Source of the DNA: a virus
Taxonomy: Duplodnaviria; Caudoviricetes
Length of the DNA stretch: 27,591 nt
Virus record (IMG/VR): IMGVR_UViG_3300049437_000260
Coordinates: 1 to 27,591 of that record
Direction: 5' to 3' (one strand)
The notes under the pieces: generated by a model
The model's database searches: none
The model's input: the letters and a program-made list of their open reading frames with translations, nothing else
Told to the model about the DNA's origin: nothing
Shown here: positions 15,953 through 24,573 of the stretch, piece after piece
Numbering within the stretch: the first letter of the stretch is position 1
How the letters are laid out: the number at the start of each line of letters is the position of its first letter
Translations under genes and position numbers: made by a program

Positions 15953-16593
15953 TGCCAAGCAATCGAAGACTACAAATCGATGCCGTCGCCCGGGTGACGA
16001 AGATGTTCTTCGATCGTCGTGCGGTGATTGATGCCGTTGGCAGGGCCAATGCCGCGGCACTGGTAAAGGCCGGGGCGTTCATCCGCCGCTCGGCCAAGGG
16101 CAAGATCCGATATGCCAAAGGCGTCTCGAAACCGGGCAATCCGCCGCATGCCCATGAGTCAAAAAAGCATGGCAAGGACTCACCCTTACGTGAGTTGATC
16201 TTCTTTGCCTATGACAACGCGACGGGATCATTGGTGGTGGGCCCAACGCCGTTTCAAGGGCCGGCAATCGCGCCGCGGGTGTTGGAACTCGGCGGAACGG
16301 CGCCGGCTCGAAAAAATCCCTTGCGGCGGATTCGAAAGATCGGCGATGGCGGAGAGATACGGATCGACGGTCCGACGTCGCGTTCGACCAGGAAGAATCG
16401 ATTTGGCGCTCGGGTCACCTACGTTCGAATTCGGACGCAGGCTCAGGCGGATCGTGCCAACCAGTTGCAGGAACTTTTGTACGGGCCACTGACAATCGGG
16501 CCCATGTCGATCGCCGCACGACCGTACATGGGACCTGCATTGGAGGAGAACTTACCGAAGCTGCCGCCTTTGTTTGCCAATTCAGTTAGATAG
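15952..16593 (+). CDS. Basic neck/tail morphogenesis protein (HK97 gp10 / lambda gpZ-like)
   Basis: AGAFIRRSAK...SKPGNPPH...LELGG...IAARPYMGPALEE pattern; highly basic. Confidence 0.7.
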   Translation: MPSNRRLQIDAVARVTKMFFDRRAVIDAVGRANAAALVKAGAFIRRSAKGKIRYAKGVSKPGNPPHAHESKKHGKDSPLRELIFFAYDNATGSLVVGPTPFQGPAIAPRVLELGGTAPARKNPLRRIRKIGDGGEIRIDGPTSRSTRKNRFGARVTYVRIRTQAQADRANQLQELLYGPLTIGPMSIAARPYMGPALEENLPKLPPLFANSVR

Positions 16594-16610
16594 TCAGGAG
16601 AAAATGAAAA

Positions 16611-17033
16611 ATGTCCATCGACCTGTCGCTTGATGCCAAACTGTATCGTGGTGAGGCCGGCCAAACCGCCGCCACGGAAGTAAACACCTGCAAAGACGTT
16701 TCGCTGAAGATCAAGAAGGGTGAAGCCAAGATCAGCAGCCGAGCGTCGCGTTGGGCACTGGTCAAAGGCGCGCTCAAGGAGGCGGAATTCACCGTGTCGT
16801 TTGACTCGAGTTCCAGCGACGCTCACCTGCAAGCTCTGATTACCGCATTCATCAGCGACACACCGGTTGCGCTGCTGATCGCCGACCGGGCGAGCGGTCA
16901 GGGGCTCGATGCGGATTTCGAGATTCTTGAAATGGACGACGAGCAAAAATTGGAAGAACAAATCACGATTTCATTTACGATCAAACCAACCTATGTGAGC
17001 CGTTACCCGACGTGGTCTGGCGGTGGTTCATAA
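16611..17033 (+). CDS. Major tail tube protein
   Basis: 140 aa, beta-rich (KDVSLKIKKGEAKISSRASRW...LKEAEFTV...EQKLEEQITISFTIKP); upstream of chaperones and tape measure; AGGAG RBS. Confidence 0.78.
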   Translation: MSIDLSLDAKLYRGEAGQTAATEVNTCKDVSLKIKKGEAKISSRASRWALVKGALKEAEFTVSFDSSSSDAHLQALITAFISDTPVALLIADRASGQGLDADFEILEMDDEQKLEEQITISFTIKPTYVSRYPTWSGGGS

Positions 17034-17052
17034 ACAGCAGGAGCAATCAACG

Positions 17053-17613
17053 ATGAAGACGTTTCATGATACCGCCGGACGTGAGTGGGCCGTTACCGTC
17101 GATCTGCCGGCTATCTCGCGCGTGATGAAGTCTGGAATCGAATACATGGGAGAGCCGATCAAAGTCAACCTCCTCAGCTTGCTCGAACCGAACAGCGACT
17201 TGCTGAAGAAGTCGCTGGACTACCCGCCGATGATCGGTGGCATCGTCTATGCACTGTGTCAGCCGCAATGTGTTGAAAGGAACGTCAGTGATGACGACTT
17301 CGCACGGGCACTCGACGGTGACGTGCTGGGCAATGCGTTGGATTGCATCCTGGAGGAAACGATTGGTTTTTTTCCCCAGGACCGGAGGAAGGTGCTGAGC
17401 AAAGTATTGGAGAAGAGTCAAACGTTTGCCCAGAAGATGAAGGCCCTGACGGAAGCGAGACTTGCGACGGGCGAACTGGATGCAGCGATCGACGCAATGC
17501 TGAACGCAGAGTTGGAAAAGCTCCAGGCACACCTGACGGCTGGTACTGGTACTGCTGGGAGCTCGTCGGCATTGCCTCGATCGACCCCGCCGGCAGAAGC
17601 TTCGCAGAGCTAG
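17053..17613 (+). CDS. Tail assembly chaperone (gpG equivalent)
   Basis: Lies between tube and tape measure; CAGGAG RBS before ATG 17053; helical acidic protein with a low-complexity tail overlapping a second frame. Confidence 0.75.
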   Translation: MKTFHDTAGREWAVTVDLPAISRVMKSGIEYMGEPIKVNLLSLLEPNSDLLKKSLDYPPMIGGIVYALCQPQCVERNVSDDDFARALDGDVLGNALDCILEETIGFFPQDRRKVLSKVLEKSQTFAQKMKALTEARLATGELDAAIDAMLNAELEKLQAHLTAGTGTAGSSSALPRSTPPAEASQS

Positions 17614-17858
17614 TGGCGATGGCCAAAGGCCGGCAGCGGGCGGAATGGGAGCGAACTGCCTTGCTGGCGGCGATCGGTGCCAACCCATATCGGGACACCA
17701 AGAAACAAAAGCGGCCGTTTGCCCCGGCCGACTTCAATCCGTTCTCCGATCGGCCCTCCAAGCCGGAGAAGCCCAAGATCAAGATCAGCGTCGAGTGTTT
17801 GAAGGGACTTTGCAGAGAGAGTGGACAGAGAGATGACAAATCTGTTTCTGACCACTAG
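17343..17858 (+). CDS. Tail assembly chaperone extension (gpT equivalent), probably expressed by -1 frameshift
   Basis: -1 frame relative to the 17053 ORF. The protein-like part WYCWELVGIASIDPAGRSFAELVAMAKGR...ANPYRD...PADFNPF begins inside the upstream gene with no good independent start. Confidence 0.65.
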   Translation: MHPGGNDWFFSPGPEEGAEQSIGEESNVCPEDEGPDGSETCDGRTGCSDRRNAERRVGKAPGTPDGWYWYCWELVGIASIDPAGRSFAELVAMAKGRQRAEWERTALLAAIGANPYRDTKKQKRPFAPADFNPFSDRPSKPEKPKIKISVECLKGLCRESGQRDDKSVSDH

Positions 17859-17877
17859 CCACTAACCACTGTCCACT
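17820..17877. repeat. Heptamer tandem repeat with a terminal inverted repeat upstream of the tape measure gene
   Basis: CTGACCA CTAGCCA CTAACCA CTGTCCA CT (17848-17877); AGTGGACAG (17820-17828) is the reverse complement of CTGTCCACT (17869-17877). Confidence 0.8.
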
Positions 17878-19977
17878 ATGTCTGCCGCAGGTGCAATTCG
17901 AGCGGGTGCCGCCTACGTCGAAGTGTTTTTGGAATCGAACCGCGTCACCCAGGGGTTAGCGGCGGTCCAACAACGACTTCGCGGATGGTCGGCCTCGCTC
18001 AGTCGGCTTGGTTCGAGCACCTACGGCGGCGAACTGCCCGAGCCGTTTGCGGCGATTGCTTGTTTCGCGTCGTCGCCAGCGGGGATGTTTGCCGGATTGT
18101 TGTCGGCCGCCAAGATGGCCGCGTCCGGCGGCAATGCCATGCAGTCGCTGGCCGAGCGGGCTGGCACGAGTGTCGAGGCGATATCTTCCTTGGCCTATGC
18201 CGCCCGGCGAAGTGACATCGCCGTCGAGGGCCTGGCCGCCGGCATCCGTAAGATGCAGGTGAACATCGCCGACGCCGCCCGAGGTGGCAAAGCCGGCCAA
18301 GAGGTTCTGGCCGCCTTGGGACTGACGGCTGGCCAACTGCAAAACCTCTTGCCGGAAGAACAGTTCAAACGGATTGCCGACCGGATCGCCGCCATCAAGA
18401 ATCCGACTGAACGGGCCGCGACGGCAGTCAAGATTTTCGGCCGCAATGGGACGGATTTGCTGCCGCTGTTGATGCAAGGTTCGGACGGCATCGGTCGGTG
18501 GGAGGCCAGGGCGAGAGAACTTGGACTGACGATGAGCAGTGAGGCAGCCGAAGGGGCTCGGCGATTTTCATCGCTTTTGGGCGATCTGACCGACGTTCTG
18601 CGCAGCAGCGTCGGCGTGATCGGCGGGGCGATGCTGCCGTATCTCGACGGCATGGTCACTCGCATCATCCGAATCGTTGCGGCCGTGCGCGACTGGATCA
18701 AAGACCATCGTGGACTCGTTGTCGTGCTGTTGCAGGTGACCGGCGCCATCGTTGCCGGCGGCTTGGCAATGACCGTATTTTCATCGATCTTGCGCAACAT
18801 CGCCGGGGGCGTCGGCCTGTTGCTTGGGACCGTCCATCTTCTGGGTTCGACGGTTGTCATGGTCGGCTCGATGCTGGCGACGACTTGGTCAGCCGCGGCC
18901 GGTGCGATCGCCGGCATCGGCGCCGCCTTTGCCGCCTTGTCGACCGCTCAAATTGCCGCCTTCGCCGCCATCTGGGTCGGCATCGGGGCACTTTTGTATT
19001 TCACAGGGGCACTGGGCAACACCATCAGTGGCGTCGCCGCCGCTTTTCGATCCCTCGCGTCGGACCTGATGGCCACGTTCGGCGCGATCGGCGACGCACT
19101 CTCCGCCGGCGACATCGCCCTGGCCGCAAAGGTCCTCTGGGCCATGCTCAAGATGGAGTGGCAGAAAGGCGTCAACTGGTTGACGGAGACGTGGATCGGC
19201 TTCAAGGAGATCTTTGTCGGTGCATGGACGGACGCCGTCTACAACATCGCACGGATCATGACCAGCGGCTGGGCCATGCTGCAACAAGGTTGGAATGCCT
19301 TGGTGACCGGCATGAGCGCGGCCTGGACGATTTTTACCGATTCGGTGGTTTCCGGTTGGGGTTCGGCGTCCAACTGGGTCAGCAAGCGGTGGATCGACCT
19401 GATGCAACTGCTCGGGCAATACGATCCCGACACCGCCGCCGGCGCCAAGAGGATTTTGGACGAGGATTTTTCGCGGGCCAGCCAGGCCCGCCAACAAGAG
19501 ACCCAACAGGAGCTTGCCGCCACCGGTCAGTCCTATGAAGACCGCAAGAACGAGATTGAGCAGGAGCGGACGGGGGCACTCAAGAACCTCGAAGACGAAC
19601 GCAACGCCAAGCATCGTGCCCGGCAAGAGCAATATTCCGCCGACTTGAAGGCGGCGCAGGATGCGGTCGATACGGCCCGCAAGGAATGGGACGACGCACG
19701 TGGTGAGGCCGCACGTGCGCGGGCGGCGATGAACACGCCCGACCTGCCCGGCCGCGCCGCACAGAAGATCCCCGACATCAGCGCGAACCTTGCGGTAGCC
19801 AAGGCTAGTGTGGCCGGCACGTTCAGCGGTGCGGCGCTTTCAGGGCTCGGCACGGGCGAAGGCATCCAGGAGAAGATGGAAGGCCACCTTGCGGAGATCA
19901 AAACCACCCAAGGCAAGTTGGTGGAGGTGAACCAGAAGATTTTGGACCAGATGGCCAACGGGATGATGCTGGCCTGA
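17878..19977 (+). CDS. Tail tape measure protein
   Basis: 699 aa, Ala/Gly-rich and helical. IRAGAAYVE start, TP901-like core (LAERAGTSVEAISSLAYAA, AVKIFGRNGTDLLPLL), hydrophobic centre, periodic Trp, C-terminal coiled coil. Confidence 0.93.
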   Translation: MSAAGAIRAGAAYVEVFLESNRVTQGLAAVQQRLRGWSASLSRLGSSTYGGELPEPFAAIACFASSPAGMFAGLLSAAKMAASGGNAMQSLAERAGTSVEAISSLAYAARRSDIAVEGLAAGIRKMQVNIADAARGGKAGQEVLAALGLTAGQLQNLLPEEQFKRIADRIAAIKNPTERAATAVKIFGRNGTDLLPLLMQGSDGIGRWEARARELGLTMSSEAAEGARRFSSLLGDLTDVLRSSVGVIGGAMLPYLDGMVTRIIRIVAAVRDWIKDHRGLVVVLLQVTGAIVAGGLAMTVFSSILRNIAGGVGLLLGTVHLLGSTVVMVGSMLATTWSAAAGAIAGIGAAFAALSTAQIAAFAAIWVGIGALLYFTGALGNTISGVAAAFRSLASDLMATFGAIGDALSAGDIALAAKVLWAMLKMEWQKGVNWLTETWIGFKEIFVGAWTDAVYNIARIMTSGWAMLQQGWNALVTGMSAAWTIFTDSVVSGWGSASNWVSKRWIDLMQLLGQYDPDTAAGAKRILDEDFSRASQARQQETQQELAATGQSYEDRKNEIEQERTGALKNLEDERNAKHRARQEQYSADLKAAQDAVDTARKEWDDARGEAARARAAMNTPDLPGRAAQKIPDISANLAVAKASVAGTFSGAALSGLGTGEGIQEKMEGHLAEIKTTQGKLVEVNQKILDQMANGMMLA

Positions 19978-19996
19978 TTGTAGTGCGGAGCAACCG

Positions 19997-20809
19997 ATGC
20001 CCACGATCACGATTTACGAAGGATTTCCCAGTCGAGAGACCGTCTCGGGCGGTGACAATCCGTCGGTCGTTCTGAACTGGGTCGTGATGGGCACCAGCGA
20101 CGATCTGTTGGTCAAAGCAACGGTACGATCGACCACGCCGTCCATCTATTCGGGGCTGTTCTTGCAGACGGTTACTGCTGAAGAAATCGCTCCGGACACT
20201 TGGTCTGCCAAGGCGAGATATGGTGTCCGAAAGCCGCCGCAACAGAACGAATACAAGTTCAGCTTCGACACAACTGGCGGCCGCCAGAAAATCACTCAGA
20301 GCCTCGAAACGATCCATCGCTACGCCTCGCCAAGCACGGGAAAGCCGGCGCCGGATCATGGCGGCGCCATCGGCGTGACCGATCACGGAGTGGAGGGCTG
20401 CGAGATCGTGGTGCCCAAGTTCAGTTGGACGGAGACCTGGCAGTTGCCCATCGACGAATACGGCTGGGCCTACTCGCAGGTGCTTAAGGCGATCACCGGT
20501 AAAGTCAACGCCAGCACGTTCCGCGGTTTTCCTGCTGGGCAGGTGCTCTTTCGCGGCGGAAAGGGGTCCGGCTCGAACAAGGATCCCGATCTGATCGAGA
20601 TCAGCTACCAGTTCGACCAGAGCGACGACGTCGAGGCCCAAACGATCGGCGACATCTCGGGCGTCTCGAAGGCCGGTTGGCAGTATCTCTGGGTACAGTA
20701 CCGAGAACACGACGACCAGGACGCCAAGGATTTCTGTCGTCGCCCGGTGGCTGCCTACGTGGAACAAGTCTATTACCCGGCGGCGTTTTCCGCCCTGGCC
20801 ATAGGATAA
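19997..20809 (+). CDS. Minor tail protein (distal tail / tail-tip position)
   Basis: Directly after the tape measure gene; beta-rich and aromatic (FSFDTTGG, GKVNASTFRGFPAGQVLFRG, KAGWQYLWVQY); GGAG RBS. Confidence 0.7.
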   Translation: MPTITIYEGFPSRETVSGGDNPSVVLNWVVMGTSDDLLVKATVRSTTPSIYSGLFLQTVTAEEIAPDTWSAKARYGVRKPPQQNEYKFSFDTTGGRQKITQSLETIHRYASPSTGKPAPDHGGAIGVTDHGVEGCEIVVPKFSWTETWQLPIDEYGWAYSQVLKAITGKVNASTFRGFPAGQVLFRGGKGSGSNKDPDLIEISYQFDQSDDVEAQTIGDISGVSKAGWQYLWVQYREHDDQDAKDFCRRPVAAYVEQVYYPAAFSALAIG

Positions 20810-20811
20810 CC

Positions 20812-22644
20812 ATGGGCGACGAGACCAAACCGCTGAGTCCCGGCGATCTGTGGCAACCCGTAGCCAGCGTGCTCAACGGCTATCAGGAGGCGGCGGATTA
20901 TGTCCGAGATCTGAAGGCCGGCGGTGGTGCGATTTCCGGCTCAGGTGTCGAGACAAATGCTTGTGTCGTCACCGTCAAAAACCAGAGTGGCAATGACTGC
21001 AACCGTTTCGACGTGTTGGGGATCGACCGACCGATCTTCTCGCCTGACGAAAACCTATCGGCCTTCAAGAACCGCGATGCCATCGCAGCCATCACTCCGT
21101 CGCCCGAGATTCACCGTGGCCGATGGGTCGTCCTACTAAAACCGTTGGCCGATGGGAGGGTTGGGCCGGCGGTGGCCGCCGGCGTGGCCAAAACTCGCGT
21201 CTACGTCAATTCTCGCAATGATAAATATTGCGACGTCTCCGACCGTAAAACATGGTGCGGCGAAAGCGTCTTTTTGAGCACCAGCGATAGCGGTGCCCAG
21301 ATCCTTTGGCTAGAGACGAAGGACTGCGACATAACGCACACGATCGTCTGGGCGATCATTCGTTTGGGCGGTCCAGGCGACTCGACCACAACCACTACCA
21401 GCACAACTACGACAACCACCGCTGACCCCGGCATCGGCGGCTGCCATGGGACGTGTCGTTGGACCTGGAATTCTACCAATAGGGAGTGGTCGCTGGACTC
21501 CAACGGCTGCAATACGACTACCACCACCAGCACGACAACCACTACGCCCGACCCCAACACCACGACTACGCCGGCCCCGTGCGAATGTGTGACGCCGGAG
21601 CCATCGACCACTACAACGTCGACCACGCCGGAGCCGACAACCACCACAACTCCGCCGCCTTGTAAGTGTCTCTATCCAACATTCTGCGGCGAGATCAACG
21701 GCGAATGCACCGTCACATACTGCGTGCCGCCGGAGTACGATACCAAGCCGCCGGATTGCAAGACTACCACAACATCGACAACGACCACGGGCAATCCCAA
21801 TACGACCACCGAGGATCCTTGCACAGCATGGCAACGTACATCGACTACGAACACGTTAAGCCCGGCCTGCACACAGGGGTGTGACTGGGAATGGTGGGAG
21901 AATAGCGGCTGGCGGATGACGTCCAACGGCTGTGGCCCGCAATGTCCCTGTCCGGCGCCGGCCGAGTCTGGCGGACCTGGCAACTGTGTCGCCCATACCG
22001 GTTGCGTCGTATTGCCGCCGCCACCGCCACCCCCAGCGCCCGTATGTTCCGGGACGTGCTATTGGACTTCGACGGCCAGCGGCTGGCATTTGGTCAGCGG
22101 CGGATGTTCGATAACGAGCGGTTGTTCGTGTCCGCCACCATCTTCCCCGCCGGGTGATTGCTGTGAGCATGCCGAAACTGAATGTCGCTTTACCAACGGC
22201 AGCGGTGGTGACGGGACATCGACAACCAACACATACAACCCGTGCACTTCGACGACCACGCCGGATCCACATACGTCCACAACCACCACCACGGCCGATC
22301 CGTGCGTCGGCTCCTGCAAGTGGCAATGGCACTCGGATGAAAGCAAATGGGTGAAGCTAAAAAACACCTGTGGGTCGAGTTGCCCTTGCTGTCCGCCGAG
22401 CTACGACGGCAAAGCTGATTGCGAGACGGCCGTCACCAGTTGCCGTAAAACGCCCTGTCCGACAACCACCACGTCGACCACAACGACGAAACCGCCGTGT
22501 TCCGGCTGCGGATACGTCTGTACCAACCACCGCTGGGTGCTTTCGTACAACAATTGTGCCGGTAACTGTTCGTGTCGCTCTGCCCCTTCTAGTCCGTGCG
22601 GACTGAATGGTTCAAAGATCGCCTACCCCTGCAATAAATCGTGA
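20812..22644 (+). CDS. Tail-associated protein: about 190-aa globular N-terminal domain plus five Cys/Trp modules with poly-Thr/Pro linkers
   Basis: ATG 20812 after AGGA, 2 nt after the previous stop. The globular domain ends GAQILWLE...WAIIRLGG, followed by T-rich runs and repeated C-x-G-x-C-x-W-x-W...W...C...C-x-C..P...C units. Confidence 0.8.
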   Translation: MGDETKPLSPGDLWQPVASVLNGYQEAADYVRDLKAGGGAISGSGVETNACVVTVKNQSGNDCNRFDVLGIDRPIFSPDENLSAFKNRDAIAAITPSPEIHRGRWVVLLKPLADGRVGPAVAAGVAKTRVYVNSRNDKYCDVSDRKTWCGESVFLSTSDSGAQILWLETKDCDITHTIVWAIIRLGGPGDSTTTTTSTTTTTTADPGIGGCHGTCRWTWNSTNREWSLDSNGCNTTTTTSTTTTTPDPNTTTTPAPCECVTPEPSTTTTSTTPEPTTTTTPPPCKCLYPTFCGEINGECTVTYCVPPEYDTKPPDCKTTTTSTTTTGNPNTTTEDPCTAWQRTSTTNTLSPACTQGCDWEWWENSGWRMTSNGCGPQCPCPAPAESGGPGNCVAHTGCVVLPPPPPPPAPVCSGTCYWTSTASGWHLVSGGCSITSGCSCPPPSSPPGDCCEHAETECRFTNGSGGDGTSTTNTYNPCTSTTTPDPHTSTTTTTADPCVGSCKWQWHSDESKWVKLKNTCGSSCPCCPPSYDGKADCETAVTSCRKTPCPTTTTSTTTTKPPCSGCGYVCTNHRWVLSYNNCAGNCSCRSAPSSPCGLNGSKIAYPCNKS

Positions 22645-24557
22645 TGAGCGAAACAACCACCACAACGCCGATCCCCGCCGAATGCACTGGCGATTGCATC
22701 TACTACTGCATCGGTGGTATGGCCACGCTCTTTTACAGCGATTGCGGGGGCGTGGGCTGTGGCTGCGTTGACACCTACACAGACTCCTCATGCGGCAGCA
22801 GCGGTCGGTACGTGTTTATTTCATGCGCACCAACGACGACTACCACTACGACCACAACAACAACGCCCGATCCCAATACTAGCACGTCCACAACGACAAC
22901 AACGCCGGTGCCCACAACAAGCACCTCAACCACAACGACGACTACCACCCAGAGCCCATGCGGTTATGAGCCGTGCATATGGACGTGGACGAACTCCGGT
23001 TGGGCTCTGCGTTACCAAATCGATCCATGTTCTGAACTCGGTTGTGGTCAGTGTCCGGAGCCGCCATATCCGTGTGAGGGCGAGATTCCAGAAATCGGGA
23101 CCATCGCGATCACCTATTGTGTTGCCACCACAACGACCACACGGGCGCCGACAACCACGACAACCAGCACCACCACGACGCTGGGACCGACCACAACAAC
23201 GACCCTTTGTGTCGGCTGCGGCTACCGCTGGGACGATGCCTGGTACCAGGTTTACAATCGCTGCTCAGGCCGATGCGTCTGCCCACACGAATATCTGCCG
23301 ACCGATGGTGTCAAGAATGAGATCTTCGAGTTGCCTTGCCTTACGCTCGGCACGCCAACCACGCCGTCACCCTGCGGTGGTCGGTGCAAGTGGCAGTGGC
23401 GGATCGCCACCGGCCAGTGGACGCGGATGACCAATCCCTGCGATGCCACTTGTCCGTGTCCTCCGCCGACAGCAGCCGGCACGGAAGATTGCCAGATCGT
23501 TGAGACATACTGCACGCCGACCACGACGACAACCACGACGACCCAAGCGCCATGCACTGGCGGATGCACCTATATCTGCACCGGCGGTGTTTACGTCCTC
23601 ACCTCGCCAGGTTGCGGAGGCGGCTGCGTATGCCCGGACGTCTCATGTTGGACCTGCACCGGCAACATGGAAGGCAACGATGCCTGGGCTGCGTGCGTTC
23701 ACACCGGCGAAAACCCATGGTGCACCACAACCACCCAGTCGCCGTGCACCGGAAAATGCGTCTATTCCTGCAACAATATGGTCTGGACGCTCACCGGCAG
23801 GTTCTGTTCCGGCTCCGGCTGCGGATGCAATCCTCAGCCAGGCTCTGGCCACTACTGCGGAGCCGGCACCGGCACGTTGGAGACCGAATGCATCGCGACC
23901 ACGACAACCACGCCGGCGCCCTGCGAAGGCGTCTGCACCTGGACATGGCAGGTCGACACGGGTTCGTTCCAAGCCTCGGGCGCCGTCACCGGCAATCTGG
24001 TCCAAGTCAACACGATTGCCTACATCATCTACGATGCCTCTCAGAACGCGTACTACTACGTCTTCTGGATGCCGTACAGCCCAAACAATCCATATGTGCC
24101 GTTTGGCTGGTACGTCCAGCCCGACAACCTTGCCGCACCGTACGTCTTTCTCGGACTGATGCCGGGCGAAGAGGGCCTTGCCAAGCCGTATTGGCGCGGA
24201 CCGACCAGCGGCACGCCGGTCGGCACCTATCGGAGCAGTGGCGGCTTTGATGACATTCACATCACGACCCGCGAGACGAACTCGCATTGGGTTCTGAGCA
24301 CAAACCCCTGTACGCAGGAGTGCCCGTGCTCCGAGCCGTCATTTGCGGGTGTTACCAATGGCCAAACCGCATCGACCGCCTGCGGCTCGGCCGAGCGTTG
24401 TTGGCCGACCGTCTCTCTTGAGGATTTTGTGGACATCGATCTGGACGGCTTTGCCACGCTTCCGTTTTGCGGGAGTTCTGAACGTTTTTGGTCCACGTTG
24501 GCGCTGTCCGACTTTGCAGACAGCGATATTTCCGCGTTCGCAATTCTTCCTCTCTAA
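22644..24557 (+). CDS. Cys/Thr-rich mucin-like repeat protein (seven Cys/Trp modules, an inserted aromatic domain, a C-terminal 29-aa tandem repeat)
   Basis: Translationally coupled to the previous gene (GTGATG, start 22641 or 22644). Same module consensus, Thr runs up to 12 residues, no signal peptide. Confidence 0.8.
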   Translation: MSETTTTTPIPAECTGDCIYYCIGGMATLFYSDCGGVGCGCVDTYTDSSCGSSGRYVFISCAPTTTTTTTTTTTPDPNTSTSTTTTTPVPTTSTSTTTTTTTQSPCGYEPCIWTWTNSGWALRYQIDPCSELGCGQCPEPPYPCEGEIPEIGTIAITYCVATTTTTRAPTTTTTSTTTTLGPTTTTTLCVGCGYRWDDAWYQVYNRCSGRCVCPHEYLPTDGVKNEIFELPCLTLGTPTTPSPCGGRCKWQWRIATGQWTRMTNPCDATCPCPPPTAAGTEDCQIVETYCTPTTTTTTTTQAPCTGGCTYICTGGVYVLTSPGCGGGCVCPDVSCWTCTGNMEGNDAWAACVHTGENPWCTTTTQSPCTGKCVYSCNNMVWTLTGRFCSGSGCGCNPQPGSGHYCGAGTGTLETECIATTTTTPAPCEGVCTWTWQVDTGSFQASGAVTGNLVQVNTIAYIIYDASQNAYYYVFWMPYSPNNPYVPFGWYVQPDNLAAPYVFLGLMPGEEGLAKPYWRGPTSGTPVGTYRSSGGFDDIHITTRETNSHWVLSTNPCTQECPCSEPSFAGVTNGQTASTACGSAERCWPTVSLEDFVDIDLDGFATLPFCGSSERFWSTLALSDFADSDISAFAILPL

Positions 24558-24573
24558 CACTACGAGGTGACAA

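Noticed and set aside
8079-19977. Gene transfer agent or contractile injection system instead of a phage
   Set aside because: The lambda-type portal and GpA-type terminase, phage accessory genes and absence of sheath or baseplate wedge genes fit a siphovirus-like phage. Whether it is still inducible cannot be judged from this window.
21380-23920. ACC/ACG/ACA-rich repeats as a CRISPR array or microsatellite
   Set aside because: No constant repeat-spacer period; the runs are in-frame Thr codons with mixed third positions inside ORFs.
22714-24250. Long alternative-frame ORFs over the Cys/Thr gene (22714-23430, 23443-24159, 23552-24250)
   Set aside because: By-products of low-complexity ACN/TGC codon usage, which rarely generates stops; the translations are Arg/Pro/His-rich without motifs.
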